Shown here piece after piece: positions 25,190 to 37,120 of a stretch of 64,000 bases of DNA. Position numbers and translations under genes: made by a program. The notes under the pieces were generated by a model. The model searched no databases. It worked only from the letters and a program-made list of their open reading frames with translations, and was not told the origin of the DNA. How positions within the stretch are numbered: position 1 is the first letter of the stretch; each line of letters starts with the position of its first letter. Source of the DNA: Carcharhinus amblyrhynchos (taxonomy: Eukaryota); NCBI GenBank assembly GCA_965287045.1, contig OZ336871.1, forward strand, positions 66,278,001-66,342,000. Reading direction: 5' to 3'.

Positions 25190-25535
25190 AAGATTTTATT
25201 CTAATTAATTGATATTAGATAAGAACAGCATGGTTCCGAATGCAATTCATTCTGGAGCACAGGCTTTAGTACAACAACCGGGGTGATGAAGGTGCCTGCG
25301 TCTTTTGCTTTGTTCAGCACATTTAGCCATTTCTTACTATCACATGGAGTGACTTGAATTGGGTGAAGCATTAGCATCTCTGATGGTAGAAAGCTTAGGA
25401 GGAGACAGAGAGGATCATCCATTCAACAGCTTTGGCTGCAAATAGTTGTAAACCTTTTAGATTGCATTTTGAATTCATATGCTGGACTCTGCCAACATTG
25501 GGGATGGGGTGTTCAAGGGCCCTCCTCCTCCCACT
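25190..25535 (-). mobile_element. Old CR1-group LINE RT fragment (second lineage)
   Basis: ORF 25201-25422 IQVTPCDSKKWLNVLNKAKDAG...VVLK. Confidence 0.6.
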
Positions 25536-25559
25536 GGTTTTAGGGTCTGTGCAAGAGGA

Positions 25560-26420
25560 TGGAGCATACAGGAATAAATAATGGAAACTTGTCAGAAAGG
25601 TACAGCAATAATTATGGGATATTTTAATCTATGTGAATTGGAAAAGATAAATGGACAAAAGTAGCAAAGACAGGGCAGGCTCAAGGGGCCAAATAGCCTA
25701 CTCCTACTCCTAGTTCTTATGAGGAGTTCATAGAATATTTTCGGGTTAGTTTCGTAGAACAGTATACTCTGGAGCCAACCAGAGAGCAGGCTATATAAGC
25801 CCTGGTATTATGGGATTAATTAATGATCTCATAGTGAAGACACTCATAGGTAGCAGTGATCATAATATGATTTAATTTTACATTCAGTTTGAAGGAGAGA
25901 AGAATGGATCTGAGACTATGTTTTCAAACTGAAATAAGGGCAAATATGAGAACATGAAAGCAAAATTGGATAAAGTGAATTGGCTTATTACGTTAAGGGA
26001 TAGGTTAAGTGAGATACAGTGGCAAACATTTAAGGGAATATTTTAGAATACACTGAATAGAAATGTTCCAATGAATAAGAAAAAGTTGAACGGGTGGTCA
26101 CACCATCCGTGGTTAACTAGAAAAGCTAGAGACATTATCAAACTTAAAGAAAAAGCATAGAATAGTACAAAGCTAAGTGGAAGGTCAGAAGATTGGGCAG
26201 AGTATAAGGAACGGAAAAGGATGACTAAAAGATTAATAAGAAAGGCACGTTAGCGTATAAGAGAAAGAGAACGAGAAAGATCAAAACAGATAGTGAGGGT
26301 TTCTATAACTACCTTTTAAAAAAACGTGTTAACAAAATGAGCATTGGTTCTATAGAAAGTGAATTTAGAGAATTCATAATAGAAAACAAGGAAATGGCTG
26401 GTAAATTGAAAGGGTATTTC
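25560..26420 (+). mobile_element. Degenerate CR1 endonuclease/tether fragment
   Basis: IIMGYFNL, GSSDHNMI, HPWLTRK, ENKEMAGKLKGYFA motifs. Confidence 0.8.
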
Positions 26421-26679
26421 GCTGGCACTGCCCAAGGGGCACTACCCCTTGCCCCAACCTCAATGTCCTTTGGTTCTATTGGTGAGGCCATCAAGACTAG
26501 TCCTGGTTGCTGGGGACCAGCTGTGATTCTTGCCAGAGAGAGTCTTTCCTGGAGAGGCCACACAGTCAGGTGAGCCTACATGATTACGTCCCGGACTCAA
26601 TAATTCAATGCAAAGTTGCACTTGAATGTAATTTAAATAAATTATTCAGCCTTACACCGGAAATGGGCATGAGACTGAT

Positions 26680-27990
26680 GGCGCCAGATATCCAGTGCAG
26701 ATAAGATTGTGTGAGATGAGAAATCAGGCGTGAACCTATTTTCTCGGCTCCTTCATGATCTCAATGGCTCACCCCGTCCATTGGCCAGCAGGGTGCAATG
26801 GTAAGATTGCCCCCAAAGAACCTAATATTTATGGGGAGGTGTCAGTGCCTGGGAAATTCAGAACATTTACCAAGTATAGGAGGCGATTCTCCCATTCTGA
26901 CCCGTTAATTTTTTGGTAGAGCAGGTTGGGAGATGTGTGCTGGCGCCGATTTGTGGGATTGGTACATGCATTCCTGATGCATGCACATCTCCCACACTGA
27001 AAAGCAGGCACGGTTGGGACCACGGAGGAAACCAGCAGGAACACTAGGTAAATAATTTTAATCTATTTTTAATGTTAATTGAACGTCATTATCGAGCCCG
27101 GGACTGAATTCTCCAAGCCCGAGAACATCTCCCACTCCGCCAGTACAAACTTACTCCAGCGAGGTTTAGAGCAGCTTTACACGTTCGGGAACTAGTGGGA
27201 GACCCTGCTGGAGTGAAAGGGGAAATTGGGGTCCCCCAGGGGGTCAGGCGGCGAGGGGTGGTACCCATGGGCACCCTGACAGTGTCCATAATTTAGGGAC
27301 ACCTTGGCACTGCCCACCAGGCATCGGGCAGTATTAAGGGGTGGGGCCAACAGGGACAGGGCCAGCTGGGGGTGGGGTCTAGAGGGCGAGGCTGTGAGTG
27401 GGGCTTAGGGGGCAGAGACAAGGGTCTGGGGCTTAGTGCCCAGAAGAGGGCAGGGACTAGGGTGGGTGTGGGAGGGACCTGCTGCCATTCTACGTTGGGA
27501 TCCATCAGGGCTGTAGGGAGGTGAGTGATCGGGGCGGGCAAGAAGAGGGGGGCTGCTGGGATGGGTCAGCCAGGATGCGGGGGGGAATCGTCACTGCTGG
27601 GAGGGGTGGCTGGAGATTGGAGTGCTCTAAGGGGGGTGGTGGTGGTCAGGGCTGGCCCGGGAATACTTATGGGAGCTGCAAACAGCCATGGGGGGGCATT
27701 GAAGGGTCAGCACTGTGGGGGTCCTGGGCTGGTCAGCAATCGAGCTGGCCAGGAAACGGGAAGCTGACAGATCAGAGCCACTGTGCATGCACAGAGGCCC
27801 AGAACTGTCAGACTCTGGCGTGAATAGGAACCTCCACCACCACCACTACTACCACATCCCCCCCTCCACCCCCCCCCCCCCCCCCCCCCCCCCGAGCTTT
27901 TAATGATATTCCCAGTTGTGGTGTTTGCAGTGCACAGAGTGTGGGAGATTCAATCTGAAGTCGCACTGACATTTTTTTGGGAGTATCATA
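26680..27990. mobile_element. GC/G-rich non-autonomous DNA element(s) (MITE-like)
   Basis: GGCGATTCTCCC-type terminus at 26882; G-rich interior; poly-C tract 27858-27893. Confidence 0.5.
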
Positions 27991-30403
27991 GTGTCAGGAT
28001 TCCATTAGAAGAGTTATAACTCTATTTTCCCCTGAGTAGCTGGTCAGATTGACCATTTGCAGACTGTTGTCTGGGAAAGCCTGAGATACAAGCAGCATCC
28101 AGGTACTGTTGATCTATGAGGTTGAGGGAGGGTGGGGGAAGGAATGGTCACCAGTCAGATGGGAGCTAGAGATCACAGCAGATTTATTGAGAGGTTGTGA
28201 GAAACCAGTGCTCCAACCCCACTTGGCCCACAAGCAGTGCTGGATAAGCAGTAGCCTGCTGGCTTTGGCATCCCTTTGGGTGCCATGGTTCCTGAGCCTC
28301 ACGATGCCCAGATGCTACTACTAAATTTAAAACTGTGATAAAATCTGAGGAATGCAGTCTCATTTTAATACTGAAGTCACTGCCAGTCTCTCTGGAGCAG
28401 GTTACCTGGTCAACTCCAGATGAACCACAGCTAATCTAGAATTAGGTATGTTTTATGTTTTTTTAAATTGAGTTTTGTTCACATTTAATCTGTCCAGACC
28501 CTTCCCTGCGGTCATGGTCTTAAGATTAACCTTACAGAGCCCAAATTTGCATGTATTCACGTGACAACCATCTGCTTCTGGTAGGTGCCTCGGATGTTTA
28601 AACAATGTAACAGTTAAAGTATTGGTAGATATGAAATTGGCAGGAATGAGGCTGTAGGTCCACCCGTTACATTTTCACTCTGCTGCCACCCTGTTCTAGC
28701 TGGGCTGTGTGAATTTTAATAGCCCATAGCATGTTGTGTATGCAGATTGTGGTTGACAGTTGTTCAAGTTGCATTTGTTTAAGGTGATAACATTTGTGTT
28801 TAAGTAACACGTGGAACCATCTCAAAGCACACAATAAATTGCTTTTGAGGACTAAAGTTTATCACGGCAAGAAATCTCAAGTCAATAAATAAAATTCTTT
28901 AATGTTTCTTTATAAAAACGATAATGGTTTGGCATTTCCTCAGAGCTACTGCTAATCAGTGGCCATTTTCCACCTTAACTGGGCTTGCATGCAGAAACAG
29001 AATTTCCGTCGCACTTCTGACTTAGTTACAGCTTCAAATCTGAGCAAATGAACTCCCAATGCTTCTTCTGAAAAGCCCAAAGAATTGTCTACTTAAATTT
29101 TTAAATCTGACGCTATTTACTGCTTTTATTTTTGACCTAGGGTTCATCAGGTGTGTTCCATTACTCATTGGAACTATTCCTGGTGCGGCGCAGAGTGGTT
29201 ACCATCTGTAAGAATGATAGTCATTACATTACTTTAACATTGCTTTAATTGAAAGCATAAATCCCTCTGAATAGTCACTCTGCTTGCGATCTGCATCGTC
29301 TGACAGAAATGATCACGGGCTTAAAAAAATACCTCTTACAGATCCCCACACATCTTCCATCTCAACTTGCTGGGAGATTGCTAGAAAACTGCACCAATTT
29401 ACTGCTCCCAACTGCCTGATAATGGACACTTTACTGTACACTTTTCCTTCATTATGGCAGAGGTCATGGCTGTCGAGAAGGGTTCTGCCACATTTGACGG
29501 ATAGTCAGGTGCTGTCTAGATGAATGGCACTGACCACATGACCACTTAAAGCTATGCTTACCCTTTTCAACTCCCTTAAAGCTTTCAAAATGTCCTCTGA
29601 AAAAAAAAGTAATTTCTTTTTCTTTACACTGGCAGTGCAGAGGATAAAATTAATTGATTAAAAAAAATGAGTAAATGAGTACGATGCACCATTCCTGGAT
29701 GGCCAATACTTATTTATGATTCAAAAGCATGCACAATTTTAAAGAAATTTGATGCAGTTCATGACAAAAGATTAATTAAATTAAAGAGCATGGTATACAT
29801 CTAAATTAATTTGAACCTGTTATCCTTGAAAGGTACAAGGAAGTGTCCTGATTATTTAGGACCTTTTAACATGCTATGAACATATAAATGGTACATGTAA
29901 TAATTGTACCACTTACCAGAGGATGTTCAATTTCTATTGGGCAAATTTGTAAAGTGCTTGAAGGTGTGTACAGCCCAGTTATTCTACTCTTCTCTGGACT
30001 GGAATTCAGGCACAGGTCAAACATAGTACTGGAATTTATGTCAGAACTTAGATTATCTGATATCTGAAATAAAAGCAGAAAATGCTAGAAATACTAATGT
30101 AAGGAAGCATCAGTGGAGGGAGAAACAGAGTTAATGGCACTGGAAGGGCTGGGATTGACAGGGCGGAAGTGGAGGCAAAATGCAGGGTGAAGAGGAATAC
30201 CTTGGAGTGGGAGTCTCCCAGGATCACAGGGTGCTAGCTGCTACTGTGCAGCCAGGACACTTGGCACCAGCTTCCCCTTTCATGGGAAAGCTCGCAGTGG
30301 CTGCAGGAGGAAACCCTTAAGTCATGGCTAATTGGCCACTTAAGATTCTCAATTGGCCTATTGGCATACGAGGCACCCAATGGCTTCACTGCTGTGGGGA
30401 TCC

Positions 30404-30548
30404 TGGCTCTGCCAGCCCTTCTAGTGCCATGTTGAGGCTTTCCAGTCTGGCTCTGCCAGCCCTTCCAATACCTTGTTGAGGCATGCCAGTGTGGCTCTGC
30501 CAGCCTTTCCAGTGCCTTTGTTGAGGTGTGCCAGTCTGGCTCTGCCAA
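30404..30548. repeat. Minisatellite, ~44-bp unit x3.3
   Basis: Unit TGGCTCTGCCAGCCCTTCCAGTGCCTTGTTGAGGNNTGCCAGTC. Confidence 0.9.
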
Positions 30549-31514
30549 GACTCTGGACCTGCCTGTAACTTTGGGTTCCACTGGTGCAGCCTGTTCTATT
30601 TGATTGGTCAGTGGCACTCAGAGAAATGCCTTCCTCGTCAATAGGGGCAGGAGGCCAACCTCAAGTCAATTAGTGACCCAGCACCTGCTAAGTGGCTGCA
30701 TGCTGAGCTGGCAACATGGAGCTGGGCTCACCCCTGATTACAATGTCAGGGTGGGAGAGAGGCACGGCTCATTGCTCCCACGTTAAATTTACCCCAATCA
30801 TTCAAATTGATAACCTTTCTTTGGAACTGAGCTGCTTTCTGCTATGTTGCTAAATTTGACTTAAATGTGGGGAGATAGTAGGTGGATGTGAGGTTAGGGA
30901 TAGGGCCAGGATGGTGAAATGTCTGCTGTTTACCTCACTCTCGATTCACATCTGCTTAATCTTACCAAAGTAAAGGTGAGAAGTGGAAAGTGCTACCCTG
31001 AATGCCATTTTGGTTTCCAATTCTGATGGAAGTTTTGCTACTAAAACATCATTTTCCATTTACAGATGCTGACAGATATGTTATGTATTTCCAGAATTTT
31101 ACGTTCTTATTTAATAATATTTTATTGTTTAACTGTGAATAGAAATTTAATTTGTTTCCATTTTTCAGCAATACTGAATCATAAGTACATCCCACTTGCT
31201 AATATTTTGGACAAGAGGGTTTATTGTCTGTAGTTTTCTTCCTATCTGCATGTATTTTCCTTGATGTGTACCATTTTATTTTTAGCCAACATTATTATTG
31301 AGCTGAAAAAGATCAATTGCACATAATTCTGATGGGCAATAATTATAAAGAAGGTAGCTTGTAAGAACTCTGGCTCTATTCAATTCTGTCAGCATATATT
31401 TAACCCTTCAAGGACAGCATTTGCAGTCTCTGTACCAAAAAAGAAAGAAATATATTTGGAGAAAATTTGCATAAGGAATGCTTTCTTCATTTGATTATTA
31501 TTTGATAATGCTTA

Positions 31515-32500
31515 GGGCTAAATTTTCTGTTTCTTGCACAGAATGCTGGCTGAGGTGAGGAAACCAGTGGGTAGCTTGCCCACTGCATAGCTGGCATTTC
31601 TGGCTATGTTGTGCAGCACTCTATGCAAAGAAAATCTGCAGGCAAGGCGCACACTGGTGGTGTAGGGCCAGAAAAATCCGGCAACGCCAGGAATCCGAGT
31701 TCACCCTTTTTAAAGTGGCCCCTGTCTCCAATAAGGAAACAAAGAATCCCCCACCCCATGCCCCCTCCACCATACATTCCAGGAGGCAGTGCCGGGGGAA
31801 GAGCCAGGGTATTTCCCCGGCTTGTCTCTCTCGCCCCAGGGCTATAATTCCCTATGTGCCCCCTGTGAGTTCCCTTCGCCTAGTTTCCATTTTTGAAAAC
31901 TTTTAGAATCATAGAATCCCTACAGTGCAGAAGGAGTCCATTCAGCCCATTATGTCTGCACCAACTCTTCAAAAGAGCACACATAGGCCTGTTTCCCTGC
32001 CATATCCCTGTTACCCTGTGCATTTACCATGGCTAATCTACATCACATTCTTGAACATTAATGGGCAGTTCAACATACCCAATCCACCTAATCTTTGAAC
32101 TGTGGGAGAAAACACAAGAGCCTGGAGGAAACCCATGCAGTCACAGGCAGAACATACAAATTCCACAGACGGTTACCGATGTCAGAAGTGAATCTGGGCC
32201 CTGGCGCTGTGAGGCAGCAGTGCTAGCCACTGTGCCAGCATGCCGTCCTGTTGTAAACTTGTTGTAAACTTCACCAACACTGCGGGGGGAGAACCAAATA
32301 TGGGGGGAACATTTGCCAGGGAAGCCCTTTAACGACATTTTAATTTATTTAAATTAGGTTCCCGACCTTTCTGGGTGGAAACCTCATTAAAAGCCAGTAG
32401 AGGGCGGGGAGAATCTTAAAATGAGACCTCACTGGCAAGATTCTCATTTTTTGACTCTGGTGGGATTTTGTGCCCATGTCACAAAACATGGGTGCCAACC
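31515..32500. mobile_element. MITE-like element with nested HE1 SINE
   Basis: GGGCTAAATTTTCTG start, GC-rich interior, split by the SINE at 31904-32248. Confidence 0.45.
31904..32248 (-). mobile_element. HE1-type V-SINE
   Basis: tRNA head GGCACAGTGGCTAGCACTGCTGCCTCACAGCGCCAGG, V-domain, CR1-type tail (TAGAATCA)n. Confidence 0.9.
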
Positions 32501-33655
32501 CCTGGCCTTAATATCTAATTCCTATGTTTTAATCATGAACTTCTTTGTGGCTTTGCAAAATACATTCTTTATTACACAAAGGGTTAAGTATCCATTGCTG
32601 TAAGCTTCTGATCTGTGGATCAGGAAGAAGGGTGAGAATTAACTAAAATCTGAATGATACAAATGCCCAACTCTGAATTTCCAGGATCTAAATAAAATAA
32701 ATTGCTAAATTGCTGTGAATTTCTTTTAGAAAGATAAGAAACAGAATGCTGCTGGCGCATTGGTTTCTCTGCAAACCCTGCTGATGTTGGAGAAAAACCA
32801 TTTTTCTAACCCAGAAATAGTCAAGTACTTACCTTCATTTCCAAAATATACCTGGTCTCTTTTGTCTTTCCACTGTCTTTATGCATCATCACCCCCACCT
32901 CCCCAAACCCCACCCCACCTCACCTCCGCACTTCAAAAAAATAGTTCCAGGCAAACATGAGTGACATCTGTTAGGATTTAAAGATGCCGTTAAAGTCTGG
33001 TGTTCATGATGAAATGTCATAAGGTACAAAAGAGTATTTAATATGATGTGACTGGTACTAATTCATGTTGAGACCTGCTTCCATAGCATGGATGTGGTAA
33101 CTCATCCAAATAAAAACATTGTTCATGTCTGAATCTGGGCAGTGGTGATCCGGAAACTATTTGATGATGGATGGCAGCACTGTGACATATTTACATCTGA
33201 TTTCCGATGCGCATGCACACACATATCAAGCTTTGTTGATGGGATGCCTCCTTTCCCCCACCAGCTGACACTGGTCCTAATGGGTTTCCCTTTAAGAATC
33301 TCTAGTATCAATGTTATGTGGACAAAGAGGAGGAGCAATGGAATGGTGCCAAGCTGGTCAGAAAGCGCCAGAGCGACTCTTTTCCTGTCCCTATCTGCAG
33401 AGTTATGTTAACAGAGGCACAAGAATGTACTACTTTGGCAGAGGATTTATGAATTCAGAGGTCTCTATTCCCAAAGGAAACTGGAACAGCAGAGTTACTG
33501 AGACGAATAAGATAACTAGAATCCTGAATAAATGTAATGCTGGATGCTGTAAGTTATACTTTCAATGGCATTGTGAAAAAAGACATGTTAAGACAATCTA
33601 TGACCCAATTGACCTCATGTGCCAATAAGCTACCTATTGTAGTATATCTTTAATG

Positions 33656-33718
33656 ATTTCTTCTTGGCCTTTTGGCTCAGATCAAGCCCAGGATAGGCTG
33701 CAATGCCTTATCTTGTTA
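33656..33718 (+). pseudogene. U2 snRNA-derived sequence, 5' part
   Basis: ATTTCTTCTTGGCCTTTTGGCTCAGATCAAG matches vertebrate U2 nt 1-31 (ATCGCTTCTCGGCCTTTTGGCTAAGATCAAG) at 27/31; diverges before the branch-recognition GTAGTA. Confidence 0.8.
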
Positions 33719-34036
33719 TAAAGAACAAAGAACAACCCAGCATGGGAAACAGGCCCTTCGGCCCAACGAGCCCGTGCCGCCGCATCACCCTACACCTATT
33801 CTACCCTGCGTGTCTACGAATGGAACCCCTAACTTAGCCAGATTCAGGGGAGAATAGTGTCAATTTGGTAAAACCAATCAGCCTAAGAGCACATCTTTGG
33901 GGTGTGGGAGGAAACCGGAGCGCCCGGAGGAAACCCACGCAACCACAGGGAGAATGTGCAAGCTCCCACAGACACAGACCCAAATCCATGTATCTGCACA
34001 GCTAGCAGTGCTAGTCACCGAGCTGTTGCGGTGCCC
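33719..34036 (-). mobile_element. V-SINE-derived 3' UTR segment of the LINE
   Basis: V-domain TTGCACATTCTCCCTGTGGTTGCGTGGGTTTCCTCCGGGCGCTCCGGTTTCCTCCCACACCCCAAAGATGTGC; degenerate head GGGCACCGCAACAGCTCGGTGACTAGCACTGCT; no B-box. Confidence 0.85.
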
Positions 34037-34239
34037 GTCTACCGGTCCAGGATCAAGCACACACACCGACACGAAGTACTAGGCCACTCCCGGAACCTCC
34101 AAGAGCAGCCCACGCACGACCCACCGTGTGCATGCCCCTCGTTTGACACGAGGTGGACTTCCACCTGCGGAATAAAAAGACAAAAAACGTTAATCTTACA
34201 AGCCTGCTTTTCCGGTGTCTCCTGAGGTTCCAACCTTAT

Positions 34240-35811
34240 TTAATAGCCCCTACCATAACCCTCCATCCTCGTTTCACCCATGTGTCTATCTAACTGAACC
34301 TTAAACGAGTCCAACGTTCCTGCCTCCACCACCCTACTCGGTAGCGCGTTCCATACCCCCACAACTCTCTGCGTAAAGAACCTTCCTCTCACTTCCAAAT
34401 TATACCTCTCCCTCCTCACCCTTAAATCACGACCTCTCGTGTTTGTACCCAGTCTAGGGAGCAGTCTCTCACTATTAACTCTATCTATTCCCTTCAGTAT
34501 CTTATATACCTCTATCATGTCCCCCCTCAATCTCCGTCTTTCCAAGGAGAATAGTCCCAGTTTCTCCAACCTTTCCTCGTAACCCAGCCCCTCCATGCCA
34601 GGCAACATCCTGGTAAACCTCCTCTGCACCCTTTCCAGAGCCTCCACGTCCTTCCGGTAGTAAGGTGACCAGAACTGGACGCAGTACTCCAAATGTGGTC
34701 TAACCAACGTTCTGTACAACTGAAGCATTAGACGGCAGCTTTTATACTCTATACCCCTTCCTATAAAGGCTAACATTCCATACGCCTTCCTAACAACATT
34801 CTCCACTTGTGTCGCAACCTTCATGGATTTGTGAACCTGCACTCCCAGGTCCCTCTGTATGTCTATACTCCTAATCTGTCTACCTTTTATCACATAGCTC
34901 CTCTCTGCATTATTCCTTCCAAAATGCATCACCTCGCATTTGTCAGGGTTAAATTCCATCTGCCACCTATCTGCCCAATGCACCAACCTATCTATATCCT
35001 GTTGTATCACCTGACAATCCAGTTCAGTAACCGCCAACCCTGCCATCTTGGTGTCATCAGCAAACTTGCTGATCACACCACCTACACTCTCTTCCAAGTC
35101 ATTTATGTATACTACAAAGAGGAGAGGTCCCAGTACTGAGCCCTGTGGCACACCACTGGTCACTGGCCTCCAGCCCGACAAGGTCCCCTCCACAACTACC
35201 CTCTGTCTCCTATTACCCAGCCAGTTCTCAATCCACCTAGCTACCTGGCCTCGTATCCCATGCGCCTTAACCTTTTCTACCAGCCTACCATGAGGGACTT
35301 TGTCAAACGCCTTACTGAAATCCATATAGATGACATCAACGGCTCTCCCATCGTCAACCGTTTTTGTCACCTCCTCAAAGAATTCCACCAGATTCGTAAG
35401 GCAAGACCTCCCTCTAACAAAGCCATGTTGCGTATCCCTAATCAAATCGCAACGCTCCAAATGCTCATACATCCTACCCCTAAGTATTTTTTCCATTAAT
35501 TTCCCTACCACCGATGTCAAACTCACCGGTCTATAATTTCCAGGGTTATCCCTACTACCTTTTTTGAACAGCGGTACTACATTTGCTACCCTCCAGTCCT
35601 CTGGGACCGCACCTGTGTCCAAAGAAGAGACAAAGATTTGCGCCAGAGGCCCAGCAATTTCATCTTTCACCTCCCTAAGCAGCCTGGGATAAATACCATC
35701 AGGCCCCGGAGCTTTATCCGTCCTTACGCTACCTAAAAGCCCTAGCACTTCCTCCCTCGTAATAGATATTTCCTGCCACTGATCCTCCGCTCCCTCCAAG
35801 AGAGACCGCAC
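34240..35811 (-). CDS. CR1 ORF2 C-terminal part: reverse transcriptase
   Basis: [74 protein letters not shown]; 523 aa without stops. Confidence 0.97.
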   Translation of the reverse strand: MRSLLEGAEDQWQEISITREEVLGLLGSVRTDKAPGPDGIYPRLLREVKDEIAGPLAQIFVSSLDTGAVPEDWRVANVVPLFKKGSRDNPGNYRPVSLTSVVGKLMEKILRGRMYEHLERCDLIRDTQHGFVRGRSCLTNLVEFFEEVTKTVDDGRAVDVIYMDFSKAFDKVPHGRLVEKVKAHGIRGQVARWIENWLGNRRQRVVVEGTLSGWRPVTSGVPQGSVLGPLLFVVYINDLEESVGGVISKFADDTKMAGLAVTELDCQVIQQDIDRLVHWADRWQMEFNPDKCEVMHFGRNNAERSYVIKGRQIRSIDIQRDLGVQVHKSMKVATQVENVVRKAYGMLAFIGRGIEYKSCRLMLQLYRTLVRPHLEYCVQFWSPYYRKDVEALERVQRRFTRMLPGMEGLGYEERLEKLGLFSLERRRLRGDMIEVYKILKGIDRVNSERLLPRLGTNTRGRDLRVRRERYNLEVRGRFFTQRVVGVWNALPSRVVEAGTLDSFKVQLDRHMGETRMEGYGRGY

Positions 35812-37100
35812 GATTCCGAACCCCTCTCCTTCGGGAATACTGACGCAAAGTATTCATTCAGGAGCTCCCCCATTCCCTCCGACTCAATACATAACTCCCC
35901 ACTTTTGTCCCTAAGAGGACCAATTTTCCCTCTAACCACTCTCTTGCTCCTAATATAGGAATAAAATGCCTTTGGATTTTCCTTAATCCTACCAGCCAAA
36001 GCCATTTCATGCCCTCTCTTCTCCCTTCTAATTCCCCTTTTTAGCTCCCTCCTACTCTCTCTATATTCCTCCAGCGCACTCTCCGTACCCAGTCGTTTCG
36101 ACCTAACATACACCTCCCTCTTCTTCCTGACCAAGTCTTCAATACCCCCTGTAATCCACGGCTCTCCAATCCTACCTTTCCCATCCTTCCGCTTAACTGG
36201 AACATACCTCCCCTGCAACCATTTCATTTTGCCCTTAAAAGCTTCCCACTTGCCAACCGTGGACTTTCCAGCTGACAGTCCCTCCCAATCAGTGTCCTGC
36301 AGCTCCCTCCTAATCCTGCCATAGCTCGCCTTTCCCCAGTTCAGCACACTCCCGTTCGGCCGGCACTCGTCCCTTTCCATTTTTATCCTAAAGTAGACGG
36401 ACTTGTGGTCACTGTTAGCCACATGTTCGCCTACCTCTACCTCACCCACCTGCCCTGGCTCATTACCCAACACTAAATCCAGTATAGCCCCTTCCCTACT
36501 CGGGCTAGTTACATACTGCTCCAGCGACCCTTCCAAAACACATTTCACAAACTCCTCTCCCTCTGTACCCCCAGCTCTAGGCCCCCTCCAATTCACTCCA
36601 GGAAGATTAAAGTCACCCACTACAACCACTCTATTCTTCCTGCACCTATCCAAAATGCCCCTGCAAATGCCTTCCTCCACTGACCTCGGGCTGTTGGGTG
36701 GCCTATAATACACCCCTAGCAACGTAATCTCTCCCTTTTTATTCCTCAACTCCACCCACAGTGACTCAATCCCTGTCTCTTCCATATCGTCCTCCCTCTG
36801 CACTACTGTGATGTTTTCCTTTACTAACAGTGCCACCCCTCCACCTCTCTTCAACCCTCCTCTGTCACACCTAAAACACTTGTACCCAGGAACATTCAGC
36901 TGCCAGTCCTGCCCTTCCCGTAACCACGTCTCCGTTACAGCCACCACATCTAACTGCCTCACAAACATCAAGGCCCTAAGCTCATCCGTTTTCCCTGCCA
37001 CACTCCTAGCATTGAAACAGACACAGTTCAACCCATGAGTGTCCCTCGGAACCTCCTTCTCCCTGATAATTTTCCTTTCACCCGACCCTCTCCCAGCCAC
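35742..37100 (-). CDS. CR1 ORF2 N-terminal part: APE-like endonuclease + tether (frameshift near 35810; no AUG start)
   Basis: CFNARS, VTETWL, GGGVALLV, GVYYRPP, VGDFNLP, LDLVL, SDH catalytic motifs; PWIT and NEYFASVF. Confidence 0.95.
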   Translation of the reverse strand: MAGRGSGERKIIREKEVPRDTHGLNCVCFNARSVAGKTDELRALMFVRQLDVVAVTETWLREGQDWQLNVPGYKCFRCDRGGLKRGGGVALLVKENITVVQREDDMEETGIESLWVELRNKKGEITLLGVYYRPPNSPRSVEEGICRGILDRCRKNRVVVVGDFNLPGVNWRGPRAGGTEGEEFVKCVLEGSLEQYVTSPSREGAILDLVLGNEPGQVGEVEVGEHVANSDHKSVYFRIKMERDECRPNGSVLNWGKASYGRIRRELQDTDWEGLSAGKSTVGKWEAFKGKMKWLQGRYVPVKRKDGKGRIGEPWITGGIEDLVRKKREVYVRSKRLGTESALEEYRESRRELKRGIRREKRGHEMALAGRIKENPKAFYSYIRSKRVVRGKIGPLRDKSGELCIESEGMGELLNEYFASVFPKERGSESCGLSWRERRISGRKYLLRGRKC

Positions 37101-37120
37101 CTCCCCACCCCCCTTCCCTA

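Noticed and set aside
27360-27893. CpG-island promoter or functional G4 cluster
   Set aside because: Lies inside a GC-rich MITE-like repeat; no associated gene seen.
30404-30548. CRISPR-like periodic repeat
   Set aside because: Units are contiguous with no unique spacers, no cas genes, eukaryotic context.
33600-33718. Functional U2 snRNA gene
   Set aside because: Branch-recognition GTAGTA is missing, no convincing PSE upstream, and it is interrupted by a 4.6-kb LINE.
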